Assembly: GCF_006345805.1 (NCBI RefSeq)
Contig: NC_043001.1
Span: 75,640,001 to 75,704,000, forward strand
DNA length: 64,000 bases
Origin: Octopus sinensis
Taxonomy: Eukaryota
Reading direction: 5' to 3'
Shown here: piece by piece, positions 27,386-40,468 of the stretch
Numbering within the stretch: position 1 is the stretch's first letter
Layout: every line of letters starts with the position of its first letter
Translations under genes and position numbers: made by a program
Notes under the pieces: model-generated
What the model saw: the letters and a program-made list of their open reading frames with translations, nothing else
Database searches by the model: none
Told to the model about the DNA's origin: nothing

Positions 27386-29288
27386 TAAATGGTGTCTGAG
27401 AAATCATAGAAAGTAACCAAATAATGAGCAATAAAAGAAAAGTAGCAACTACATCGTAGAATAGTCATTTTATCAACACTCACAGATTTACTTTAAATAT
27501 ATATTTATTTCACGAGGCATCAAAATTTTTGTCACTGACATATTTCACAGAAGAACTATTTCACTGACCACTAGTGGTCGCAATGTGTGACGAAAAGTTT
27601 GATTCCATGTAAAATAAAACTTAAATTTCAAATGAATTTAGCATGTTTGTTTGCTATTAAATAGTTAGAATGACTCTTGTGTGATGTAATTAGTTCAGTT
27701 TCAACACCCTCACATCAAGAGATTACTTCAGGCTCAGCGCGTAGTTTTGGATCAAGTTACTAACTTGTCAAGTACAACTCTGAAAAAGAAGAAAAGTTAT
27801 TTAAAAGCTATGATGATCGGGAATGCTACAAAAGGTAATGTAGATATTCATTGTGTTGAGTGTCGGGACAAAGGTACAATAAAAATAATTTTGTTTTAAT
27901 ATTAACTCATACACACGTACATGCATATATACATACTCACATAATATATTGCACAATATAGAAAAAAACTTTCTTGTATCGATAGTCAGCTGAGCTTTGA
28001 GACAAAGTTGTTCACTACCCTCCTAATTTTTTTAGTATTTTGAGGTATGTCATGAATAACCCGTGTTGTTTACGGTCCCTATAAGGAATACCATCTTGAG
28101 AAAGGATGAACGTCAGATACTCCCTGGTGCCCCATAACAGTTACTCCCTAATAATCCATAGATATTAGTTATGATGACACAGGCCAAATCCATGACCGAA
28201 AACACGATCACAAAATTAATATCAACGATCTCTGGAAAATTAGAATTATCCACTAAATTAACTGAAGCATGTAAAACATAAGATATAAAAATAAATCATA
28301 GGAAATGCAAGAACAGGTAAATAATCACATTCCCGTAATTGGTTCTCCTGGAGAACAAGTGGCAGAGTTTCTATTTCATATTTGTCAAATCTCAAATGAA
28401 TCCATCAAAGTATAAGTTTCTTTATCATTCACAGAGTTAAGCTCAGTGCGAAACATGATACAGAACAGGTAAAATGTGAGTCACATACACAAGGTTAGGT
28501 TATATAATGTCGGTATTTTTTAAAATTACAATCTATATCTTTAGAACTCTGAGTCGAGAAGTCTATTTGGAGGATATAGGAACATAAACAAACCGACATC
28601 TGTTATCAAGCGGCGGGGACGATATGACAAACAAAAAACAAATATACTCGCACACTCAGACACATATATTTAGACATGTGTGTGTAGATTTAAACGTGTG
28701 TGTGTGTGTGTGTTTTTGTGTCTGTATTTATGAAATGATTGACTATCGATTTGTATTTGATCAATGAATCAAATCAACATGTGTCAGACTCCCTAAATTA
28801 ATTATTTTCTTTGATGAAAATATTAAATTTAATAATACCGTGTAAACAGCCTTACTTCTCTTGACTTTCCAACCCTGTTATTATCACTACCAAAACCAAC
28901 ATCAACAATAACTAATAACAAAAATCAAAAGCAACAATGGCGACTAGTACCTAATAAAAGACCAAAATGGATAAAGGCTGGCTGAATGGCAAATTACAAC
29001 TGTTATGTCTTTCCCAATGGTATTTGATGGCTGCAATAAATAAATAAATAAATAAATAATGTGATTTATTGAATACGTGTGATCGCACTGTGGTGATTTA
29101 AACTCAGACATTCAGTTTCAAGTGTTTTAATTTGCTTGGTTATCTCCTGCTTGTATGTTAATTTTTTTCTGTTAATAAAGAAATATCTGTTAAACAGAGA
29201 AGGTTGGTGTGCAGTTAGAAAGCTTCCTTTCCAACCATGCCATGCTGGGTTCATTCTTCGCGCGCCATCTTGAGTACCTGTCTTCTAT

Positions 29289-29357
<69 letters not shown>

Positions 29358-29364
29358 ATATATA

Positions 29365-29397
<33 letters not shown>

Positions 29398-29464
29398 CCT
29401 AATGCCCAGCATAGCTGCAGGCTAATGACTGATACAATAAAAGTTAAAATAGAGAGATAGAAAA

Positions 29465-29506
<42 letters not shown>

Positions 29507-29714
29507 TCATTCATTCTTTTATGCGTTTCATTCATTTGACTGCCGCCATGCTAGAGCAACGCCTTAAAAAGTGTTAGTCGAAGAAATCGTCCCCAAGACT
29601 TATTCTTTGTAAGTTTAGTATTTATTCTGTCGGTCTCGTTTGCCGAACCGCTATCTTACTGGGACGTAAACACACCAGCATCGGTTTTCAACTATATATA
29701 TATATATATATATA

Positions 29715-30330
29715 GTGGTCGAGTGTAAGTCTGGAGAGTCAGTGATCAAGAAATTGATGAACAAAGATTCCAGCCAACAATGAAACATGACAGCTATTCT
29801 GTGGTGGTCTGGAGAACAATTTGGAGCAATGGTGGATCATAGCTGTCCGAGCGCGAGGGAAAAAAAAACTCAGATCAATATGTGCCCCTGTTGCAGAAAG
29901 GATTCCTTCCCATCTTCCCCAGTGATGAAATGATTAAAGAAGACACTTCGGTTATGGAAGCTGTGGCTTCTTATAACACGGTTAAAAAGATCCAGCATCG
30001 GTTGGAAAAGAATGGCATTAAAAAGCTTCCATAGCCAAGCCAGTCACCCGATATGAAACCTATTGAAAATCAGTGGAGCATAATGTTAAGGCATTTCGTA
30101 AAGAACACAAGAAAACATCCCCAAAGCCAGATTTTTTTAGATTACTGCATGAAACATGACAAGATATTCCTAAAGAGAATATTCGTCATCTGATCAGTAG
30201 CATGACTAATAGCGTCCTTGCACTGAAATTCTAAATATCAGATATTCATCTTATAACAATTAATAAATAATTTGAATGTTTAATTCCTGAATTAAGTAAA
30301 TTTTACCATTATAAGGGTATCTACTTACCT
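29715..30330 (+). mobile_element. Tc1-like transposase remnant
   Basis: Reads QPTMKH..SVVVW..W..G and LP*PSQSPDMKPIENQW (Tc1 WPxxSPDLNPIENxW motif), with stop codons. Confidence 0.8.
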
Positions 30331-30339
30331 CTGTCATGT

Positions 30340-30343
30340 CTGT

Positions 30344-30377
<34 letters not shown>

Positions 30378-30434
30378 ATATATATTATATATATATATTA
30401 TATATATATATATAATATATATATAATATATATG

Positions 30435-30469
<35 letters not shown>

Positions 30470-30716
30470 TCTGATCTGTATCTGCTACCATTGGTTTCAC
30501 GCCCATATTGTACGATCGTACACGTGTGCATGAAACCAATGGTAGCAGTTACACGTCATAGAATATGAATTCTATTACTTTCTCTCTCTCCTCTCTCTCT
30601 CTCTCGCTATATATATATATATATATATGTCTGTCTGTATTATATATACATATACATATACATACACATATATATATGCATATATAATATATATTTACAT
30701 ATATATATATATATTT

Positions 30717-30747
<31 letters not shown>

Positions 30748-30825
30748 GTATATATGTATATACATATATATAATGTATATAATAAATATGTATATATCAC
30801 ATATACATTACATATATATACATAC

Positions 30826-30870
<45 letters not shown>

Positions 30871-31234
30871 CCTTGTCTTTGTAATGTGGAGTAGTTGAAA
30901 CAGGGACAACTGAAGAAGGGGAATATTGTTTATGTTGTATGTCTCATTGTCTGTTTTTGTTTTTATGTTTTCGTCTCTCATTGTGTTCAACGTTTTTTAT
31001 GTCCTGTACCCTTATATGTATGTATATATATATATATATGCATACATATATATATATATACATGTGTATACATACATATATATATATATATACATATATA
31101 TATAATACATATATATATATATACATATATATACATACATATATATAATATACTTATATATATATATTATATATATATATATAGATATAGATATATAGAT
31201 ATATATATATATATTAATATATATATATATATAT

Positions 31235-31287
<53 letters not shown>

Positions 31288-31290
31288 TAT
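30340..31290. repeat. Extended degenerate (TA)n/(TACA)n low-complexity region
   Basis: Direct observation; the source of many spurious Y/I-rich ORFs. Confidence 0.9.
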
Positions 31291-31319
31291 ATGTATGTGG
31301 TGGTTGTCTACTCCTTATA

Positions 31320-31900
31320 CAGAGTTTGATCCCCTTCTTACCTACATCTGAGCACCATCATGGTGTCTGATATGGCTTTTTAAACCAGAGAATGTTCTGA
31401 AAAGACATCCACATTGATTGCACCTCTGAATTGGACCATCAAGACCTGCAAATAAGTCCTGCTCTTTGTGGATCTTAAAATGTATTTTCAGGCCTCCGTT
31501 GGATTTGCAAACCTTCTGGCATACACTGCATTAAAAGATGGGCACAGACATATAGGCAGAATAGTTGGTGAAGGTTCATTTTCCATGCGTTCGCCCGTGA
31601 GATTTGAGGCCAGCAAAAGACAGGCATGGTCTGTCACAGACCGTGCAAACAAAAAGGCCATTGTCATTCACCCTCTCGATCGTTACATTCTTCCTTAGAT
31701 CTCTTTTGAGTCTTGCGTTATCCTGGCCTCTTCCAATGCTTTCACTCCACTCCACACCTTTGTTCGCCATCCAACTCGATCTGACGCAAGGGTTTCTATA
31801 TCTTCTGGAACTATTCCAAGTGACTTCATAGTAGTCCTTAAATCTTTTTTTTTTTTTTTTTTGAAGTTTACATCGATAGTGTTTCCCCTATGCAAGCTCC
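31320..31900 (-). mobile_element. RTE-clade LINE 3' end
   Basis: KDLRTTMKSLGI..IETLASDRVGWRTKVWSGVKALE, then FVCTVCDRPCLSFAGLKSHGRTH (C2H2-like tail), then a 3' UTR. Confidence 0.8.
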
Positions 31901-32857
31901 CCTATGCAAGCTGACATTATAGTTTTGGCACTTTTTAATACTTTACTGTTTAAACCGGCCATACCCATTCTATCCAATTCCTCTACGTAATCTTTTTAGA
32001 AAATATACCAATCCCGTTAGAGAATCTCGTAGCTTTGAGATAATATCAGGGCTTTTCTCCCAGAAAGCACAGAACTGGGAGAAAAGCAAAATTAACGAAA
32101 GTGGATGTCAACAGAGAAAATATTGACTTTCATGTGGAAAAATAAATGGAAGGGAAAATGCTGGTAGCTATTTCGGTGTGAAAGCAAAAAGCTGTCACGT
32201 GGTAGCAGGGCATGCTAGAAATAGCAGCCAAATCAAAATTCGTTGAAAGCATGCAAAATAACCTGGTAAAGAAAATATGACCCGCGAAACAAAACTTCCT
32301 TGGTGGAAACTTCGAGGTCCTCACCACCCTTCCCACCTTTCTTTTCAAGACAAAAGTGGCATCCGCGAGTTTGGAGGTCAGATACTTTGAATGCATCCGA
32401 AAAAAAAACTGTGGAAACAAATTATTCCACACTGGAGTAGACGTCACTGTCTTCATCATGAGCATCGTCACCAACATCACAACCATCATAACAAACACCA
32501 CCACCTCCACCACTACCACCACCAGCAACAACAATAATCAGTGCTTTTACATTCAATCATGCAAAACTAGACAACTTCTTATCACCATCTTCATACAATT
32601 CTATAAATTACTTTCAGAGTCAGAGATTCATTCATTAATAACTCTAAATCAATATAAGTGTTTATGAGGGGAGGCAGCCGCAGATAAGTACACATTCACA
32701 AACGATTATATATAGTTACAAACGCACACACATATATATATACACGTATATATGTATATAAGTATACATAAGTAAATAGCGGATACACAAACACATATAT
32801 ACATATATAGTCGTATGTATGTATGTATGTATGTATGTATGTATGTATGTATGTATG

Positions 32858-32893
<36 letters not shown>

Positions 32894-32993
32894 TGTATGC
32901 ATGTATATATATGTGTGATGTGTGTGTGTGTACATTTACATATATATACATATATGTATGTATATATATATATACTTATATACATATATATAT

Positions 32994-33042
<49 letters not shown>

Positions 33043-34228
33043 TGAGATTTAAGTATATTTCGGAGAAGTTTACGTATATATATATAGTGTATGTATATGT
33101 GTGTGTGGTGTGTGTGTGTGTGTGTGTGTACATTTACATATATATGTATATTTAATGGTATATAATCATGCAACACACAGTTACGCGCTTACACAAATTA
33201 CGCAAACACGCGCAAACACACAAACGCACATATAAGCTTAAGACAGTGGAGTGTTTACCAGGTTACTTTATTATGATCTCACCACAAAAATCAACTAACT
33301 TGTTTCAAATTCATTTTTCTTGTTTCAGTACAAAATATTATTGGCAAAACACATTTCTTTATCGATTTATTTTTATTTCCGTACACAAAAGAATCCTAAC
33401 TCATAAGACTTCAATAAATTTGGGGTAGGTAGATTAGTTCCGTGAAGCTGATGTTGATATATGAGCGTGACAGCGTTCTTGCTTTTGTTGGAACATTTAA
33501 CAAAACAAATGTTTTCTAACGATCGGCTTTTAGCCATCGCTGTAACATGACAAGAGATAATGTCATTTAGTAAAGCACCAGTGAACCGGAGCTCAGAATC
33601 AAAATATACGGGATTTCTGATAACAGTTAATGATATTTTTTTGGTTCATCTGACAAATTTTATCGTTTCTTTTATCTTTTACTTGTTTCAGTCATTGGTC
33701 TGTGGCCATGCTGGGGCTTCTTCTGGCGTTTTAGTCGAACCGATTCACCTCTAGTAATTCTTTTTTTCTGTTTAAGGATGGTACTTATTTTATCGGTTTC
33801 TTTTCATGCACCGTTAATTTACGAGGACGAAAACAAACCAACGACAATTGACGAGGGATTGGTAGGTGGAAAAAACACAGACACTCACACACACATATAT
33901 AAATATATATGCATACATATATACACTTATATACAAATATATAAATATATATACAACTTATGTATATACATTAAGATACAAATAAATATATATATATGTG
34001 TATATATACATACATACATATATATATATGTATGTATATAAACACATATATATATTTATTTATATCTTTATATATATATAGAGAGAGAGAGAGAAAGAGA
34101 GAGATGGATAAATAAATATATATATACATATATAGATAAATATATATAAATAAATGTATATATATATATATATATCCTCACACACACATCTACACATATA
34201 TGTATATGCATGCATACATACATATATA

Positions 34229-34264
<36 letters not shown>

Positions 34265-34329
34265 TGTATGTATGTATGTATGTATGTATGTATGTTTGTA
34301 TGTATAAGAGAGGAAGTGGGTAGATGCTG

Positions 34330-36740
34330 AAAAGCAAAAGAAAAGATGAAGATAGGTGTATAAACAAAAAAACAGGTGTATTAGTTTAACGCGCTAGAAG
34401 GCGAGAAAGCCTTTTATGTTTCAAGCGTACACGAGGAGATAAACAGAGTGAATAAAGAAAAGCTTTCAGAGCTAGCAGTCAATCATGGTGGCTGGCTGGA
34501 CAGTGGTAGTTAGACAGGAGAGCAAGGAAGAAGGGGAGATAATAAAGTTTTGGTGATCCCAAAACGATGGTGCGCGTGCGTGTGTGTTAGAGTGTGAAAA
34601 TGTGTGCGTGTGGATAGGGGCTGGTGACATTGACGTGTGGATATGTGCGTGTGTGGGTGTGCGTCTGTAATGTGTGAGAGTGTGGATGATGGTGTGGGTG
34701 TTGGGAAGTGATCAGTGCTAGTGCGTGCGGGATGGTGTGTTGTGGTGTGCTGGTGTGTGGAGTGGTATGGCATGATGTGGTGTGTGGTGTGGTGGTGTTG
34801 AGGTGTAGAGATGCGAGGATGGGATGTGGGGATGTGAGGTTTGGGTGCGCGTTTGGGGTAAGGATTGGGAGGTAGGAGTGGGGTATATGGGGTGGGATGT
34901 TTGGGGATGGTGGTGTTGAGATATGTAGGGGATGTGTGTTGACGGAGGGGGTAATGATGAAGGGAGAAGGTGGGTAGGAGTGAAGATAGGAAATGAGTGT
35001 CAGGGCAAGAGAAGAGAGGTGTTTAGGAGTGAAGAGAGGAAGTAGATGTGAGACGAAGAGGGGAGAGGGTTAGTTAGAGGAAGAGGAGAGTTGTGCCCAT
35101 GTGGCAAAAAGGAGCGAAGAGAGAAGAGTAATTCCTGTTCACGACAGGAGTCCGGATGGCCCGTGTACAAAGATAATCTAAACACAGGTCTTGTACTGAA
35201 TGACCAGTAGAGCAGAAGTGGCCCGAGACCGGGGTGTCGTTGTCGAGTCTAATGCCTCAGTGTTCCGCGAATCGGTCAGCCAAGCGGTGTCCTGTTTGAC
35301 CGATGTAGAGAGAATGACAGAAAGAGCAGGAGGTGCAGTAAATGACATTGCTAGAAGTGCACATAAAGGAGTCCGATATAGGGTCGATGGTGAGTGCCTG
35401 TGAGGATGGTGTATTTGGAGAGGTAGAGGCAAGTGTGGTAGCGTGAGCAGTAGCAGGGGAACAAGCCAGGTTGGGAGATGGGGTTAGGTAAGACACTGCA
35501 GACCAGGAGGTCACGTAGTTGTGAGCTCGTTTGAAGGAGGAGAGGGGTAGGTTGCGGAAGATGTGCGAAGTGGAGGGGTCGGACTGGGGTCGCCGGAAAG
35601 CTCGGAGAATGGTGCGTTGGAGAGGCAGGGTGGAGGGGTGGTAGGTGAGAGGAAACGGGAGACGGGTAACGGCGGAGCAGGGTGGGGCGGGTGCGGGGAG
35701 AGAGAGCTGAGGCACGGTTAACGAAACGTGATCTGGCAAGGGCGGTGTGGATAGTGGTGAACGGATATCCAAGAAAGATGAAGTGGCGAACTATGAGTTG
35801 AGACTCAATCTCAAAGTCATGGTTGTCACTGCAGAGCATGCGCAGATAGAGAAATTAGAAGTAGTGATGGAGAGCTTGTTGCAGGTAGGGTGGGAGGAGG
35901 AGAAGTTGAGGAATGAGTGTGAGTCGGTGTGTTTGTAGTGGATGGAGGTAGTGAGAGTGGTGTTATGTATGTTAACCTAAATGTCGAGAAAGGCGACGGA
36001 AGTGTTGGACATAGTGCAGGAGTATTCGAGAACAGAATGGAAGGATTGAGCAAAAGAGAAGAAATCTAGTTGTTCACGGGAACGCGCGGTCGCACCGATA
36101 CAGTCATCAATATAACGACCATATAGTTCACGAGTGAGACCAGTAAATCTTGAAAATATATGGGCCTTTTCGTAGCCAACGAAAAAGTTTGCATAGTTGG
36201 GGCCCATTTTTGTTCCCATGGCCACTACCGAGAAGTGTTAATAAAACTCACCGCGAACGAGAAACAGTTGAGGGAGAGACAAATTTAGCCAGACGAAGAA
36301 GTGTGGAGGTGTCAGGTTGATGGTCGAAGGTCTTGATAGTGTTTGTGGCAATAAGTCCTTGGTAGTGTGGAATCACCGTATATAGACTCTTGATATCAAC
36401 AGTGAAGAGATGTTTAGGGGGGCCAGATGGGAAGGAAAAAGAGTTGAAAAGACGAAGAGCATGGTTAGTGTCGTGGATGTATGAGGGAAGGGAAGCCACT
36501 AGGGGCATTTAGAGATGAGATTCGTGGGGCAGTTACAGGCGGAGACGATGGGGCGGACAGGGTTGTTGGGTTTGCGGATTTTGCATACGTCTTTGACTTG
36601 GTAGCAAGTGGTAACATCTTCATGAGATGTTTTAAGGGCTTCAGTCTTTACACGATCTTGGAATCGAACCCACGATCTTATGCTCTTGAGAACAATATGC
36701 TTACCGTTAGGTCGCGCGCCTTCACGTAAGGCATACAAAC
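34330..36740 (-). mobile_element. Degenerate Penelope-like element: RT plus GIY-YIG endonuclease, C-rich 3' region and terminal repeat remnant
   Basis: Frameshifted pieces in order: KIRKPNNPVRPIVSACNCPT; LFTVDIKSLYTVIPH; AMGTKMGPNYANFFVG; YGRYIDDC; VAFLDI; NVIYCTSCSFCHSLYIGQTGHRLADRFAEH (GIY-YIG). Confidence 0.92.
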
Positions 36741-36863
36741 ATACTTACATAGATGCATATGTGTATGTATATATATATATACACACATATATATATACAC
36801 AGCGGTGGTGCCCCAGCATGGCCGCGAGCTTCGGCCTAAAACATTTTTAAGGATTTAAGGACT

Positions 36864-36896
<33 letters not shown>

Positions 36897-36964
36897 CATA
36901 CATACATGTATACATACATACATACATTCATACATACATAGACAAATAGAGAGACATAAAAACA

Positions 36965-37224
<260 letters not shown>

Positions 37225-38898
37225 CACTTTCATTTCACCGAGAAATGAGTTAATTATCGGTAAAAAGAGAAGGGTATATGTCATAGAATCGAATTTATGC
37301 AGAACCTTACCAACTGCTGATAACAAAACAATGCATCTGCAGTTATTGTGCCATGCTGACATTGTCCTGTATTAAGCGAAAATCAGTTGCGTATTTCTCC
37401 GGTAACTCCGATAGGACCATCCTTCCAAACTAGACTAATATGTTCATAATGGTTCTATGTGACACGATCACAACCAAAGCTTAAGACCTCCGCACAGATT
37501 CCATCTTTATCATGAGCCTTACGAAGCTTCAACTTATTGTTTTCACTACGTTAGCACCCGGAAATACAATGTCTAATTGGTAGATGATGACAGGTCTTTG
37601 TTGAAGGGAGACAGTCACGGCGTCATCCATAACAAATTTACAGTTTATTTCAGAAAATCGTTAAATAGTTCAGAAAACAACAGAGATTATAGCTAGTTGG
37701 GATCTCTGCAGCATTTTAGTAAATACTGTACAGCCAGTCTTAGAGACTAAGGGATCCACGGCTAAATGTATTTCCTCATCTAAAATTATAGATCCCGTCA
37801 CGGAGGAAGTATGAATGTCAAGAACAACACCCTATAGTCATGTGCTTTTGCATCTGTTTGAGTGATCGTTGTAGTTGAGATTTTATAGTTTTGTAATAAA
37901 CAACGGTTTAAATTCTCTGAACAACTTATAGCCCATTGCGTAGTAATGTAAAGATTATGTTTTGGAAACAAGAATCTGAATATTAGCATCATGTTTGTCA
38001 AACCGGTTCCTAAGACTAGTTGTAACAGATCCAAGTGTTTTAATATTGTAAAATACTCGTTCCAAAACAATAATTCCAATGTTGTTTTATATTCTTTGCT
38101 GGATTAAGGATTTTCAATACCCTTTTTCACAGAAGTTCAATAACTTACAAACATTCGATAGTCGAATAATCTTCGTTTTATCCGACTGTCTCTTCTCCTT
38201 TCTCTCTTCGCTCTCACCTCCTTACTCCTCACTTTTCATTCTGCACCCCTCTCTGTCTCTCTTGTTCCTTTCTTGTTTATTTTTCTCTCTCTTCCTTCTC
38301 CCTGCTCTCACTCCTACATCAGGAACTCTACTCAGACTAAACTCTGAGTCATGAAAAGTCCTAATATTTATTCATCATAGCTACCACGCCTATGAATTAC
38401 TACATAATCCTGGTAATACTTAGATTATTTTCTCCTTAAAGTTTTAGGAACGTGAAACTATCTTATTTTGTGTGTGTGTGCGCGCACGCACGCGTTAGTA
38501 TTTATTTAAGAATGTGTATGCGTAGAAGTATATGCACTTATCAGAGTAGCTTGTGGTTCACTTTACAATTTTTGGTTCACTTTTCTCAGAAAATTCCTGG
38601 TCCCCAGGCAAACAGATCACACTCTCAATGGGTTGCTCAAAACACAATACTTGACTTCTAACAGTGCCTTGCGACGCTAATGTCTTACACAAATCGAATG
38701 TGTGACGATGGACGGCTACATGGTTGCAGCCATTCAGTTCTGGTGACGTTGTTAACGTTCTATCGTCGCAAACATTCAAAGAAAACATTTAAGTTAGCAA
38801 CGTTCATAAAGAATTGTTTGCACAGTATCATATAGATTCTATCTGCCCTGTACGCAACATACACATACGTAGACACATACACACACACACACTCACGC

Positions 38899-38947
<49 letters not shown>

Positions 38948-39330
38948 TATATATATATAATATATATATATATCAAAATGTTAGCTCCAAAATAATGCCA
39001 TTTTAAATTAAAGTCAGATTCAGATATGCTCTCTTTCATACTGTTATGAATATTCCGTTGAGCCGATGGAATATGACAATGCATCTAAATATAATCTTAC
39101 AGAAATCTCTTAATTTATATAAAGAATTCTATTGTTTTAAATACTTAAGAGAGTTAAGGCATTTAAAAAAATTGTTTCAAACAGATATTTTAGTGTTTTA
39201 CAAAAAATGTGTTTGGTTTTCATCACTTGTAATAGAACAATACATTATCGTATAAGTGACTTATTCAACCATCCATTTATACACTCGGATTGATGTATGT
39301 TTACGTTGGAAATATGCAATAACAGTAAAA

Positions 39331-39396
<66 letters not shown>

Positions 39397-39413
39397 GGGA
39401 GAGAGAGAGAGAG

Positions 39414-39470
<57 letters not shown>

Positions 39471-39539
39471 TATATGCACACAAACACACACAAATATACA
39501 TACACACAAAGAAACATAAATACATGCATAGTGATTGCC

Positions 39540-39830
39540 CAATCTTCACAGTTGGTTGCCCTCTCTCTGAGCGTCCTTGTTGTCAATGCCATTCCTGACA
39601 TTCCGCGTATGCCTCTCGGATGACTATTCAGCTCCCCTGCAAAACTATGTTTTGAATCATAGGTGACAGACGAAAGTTTTAGTTTCTGCTGGTTTGATCG
39701 GATCACTCTCAGAGAAACGATCTCTGTGTACCTCCATATGTCTCTTCAGATCCGAAATCGACTAGCAAGCCCATTCACACACTACACACGTCGAATCACC
39801 AGAATTAGGAGGATGGATGTTACATATAGT
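39540..39830 (-). mobile_element. Possible degenerate RTE-like LINE 3' fragment
   Basis: Weak similarity only (VIRSNQQKLK; SKHSFAG resembling KTILQG; [12 protein letters not shown]). Confidence 0.4.
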
Positions 39831-40009
39831 TGCAAAGCTAAGTACATACTTACATGCATGCATACATACATACATACATATACACATAAATATATAAGAA
39901 ACAGTTGATCTCTGGACACCAATATAGGCGGGAAAATACAAGAGAAAGAACCTAGGGGTAATTGATAAGGTGCTTGCGTCTCTAGTATTGAAAATACATT
40001 TTCACTAAA

Positions 40010-40468
40010 GGCGGCGAGCTGGCAGAAACTTTAGCACACCGGGCTAAATGCTAAGCGGTATTTCGTCTGCCGTTACGTTCTGAGTTCAAATTGCGCCGAA
40101 GTCGACTTTGCCTTTCATCCTTTCGGGGTCGATAAATTAAGTACCAGTTACGCACTGGGGTCGATGTAATCGACTTAATCCCTTTGTTCTTGTTTGTCCA
40201 CTCTGTGTTTAGCGCCTTGTGGGTAGTAAAGAAATAGGTATTTCGTCTGCCGTTACGTTCTGAGTTCAAATTCCGCCGAGATCAACTTTGCCTTTCATCC
40301 TTTCGAGGTCCATTAAATAAGTACTAGTTACGCACTGGGGTCGATATAATCGATTTAATCCGTTTGTCTGTCCATGTGTGTCCCCTCTGTGTGTAGTCCC
40401 TTGTGGGCAGTAAAGAAATAGGTATTTCGTCTGCCGCTACGTTCTGAGTTCAAATTCCGTCGAGGTCA
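40010..40468 (+). mobile_element. SINE family A, tandem multimer (about 2.3 units)
   Basis: ggtatttcgtctg at 40057, 40237 and 40421. Confidence 0.9.

Noticed and set aside
27699-27899. Open frame after an AG (FQHPHIKRLLQAQRVVLDQ...)
   Set aside because: Weak acceptor, no recognisable domain, and a length attainable by chance.
34395-34440. Hammerhead remnant in the Penelope terminus (related decayed sequence near 60030-60160)
   Set aside because: Only gcttgaaacata remains; the CUGAnGA side is lost or too degenerate to call.
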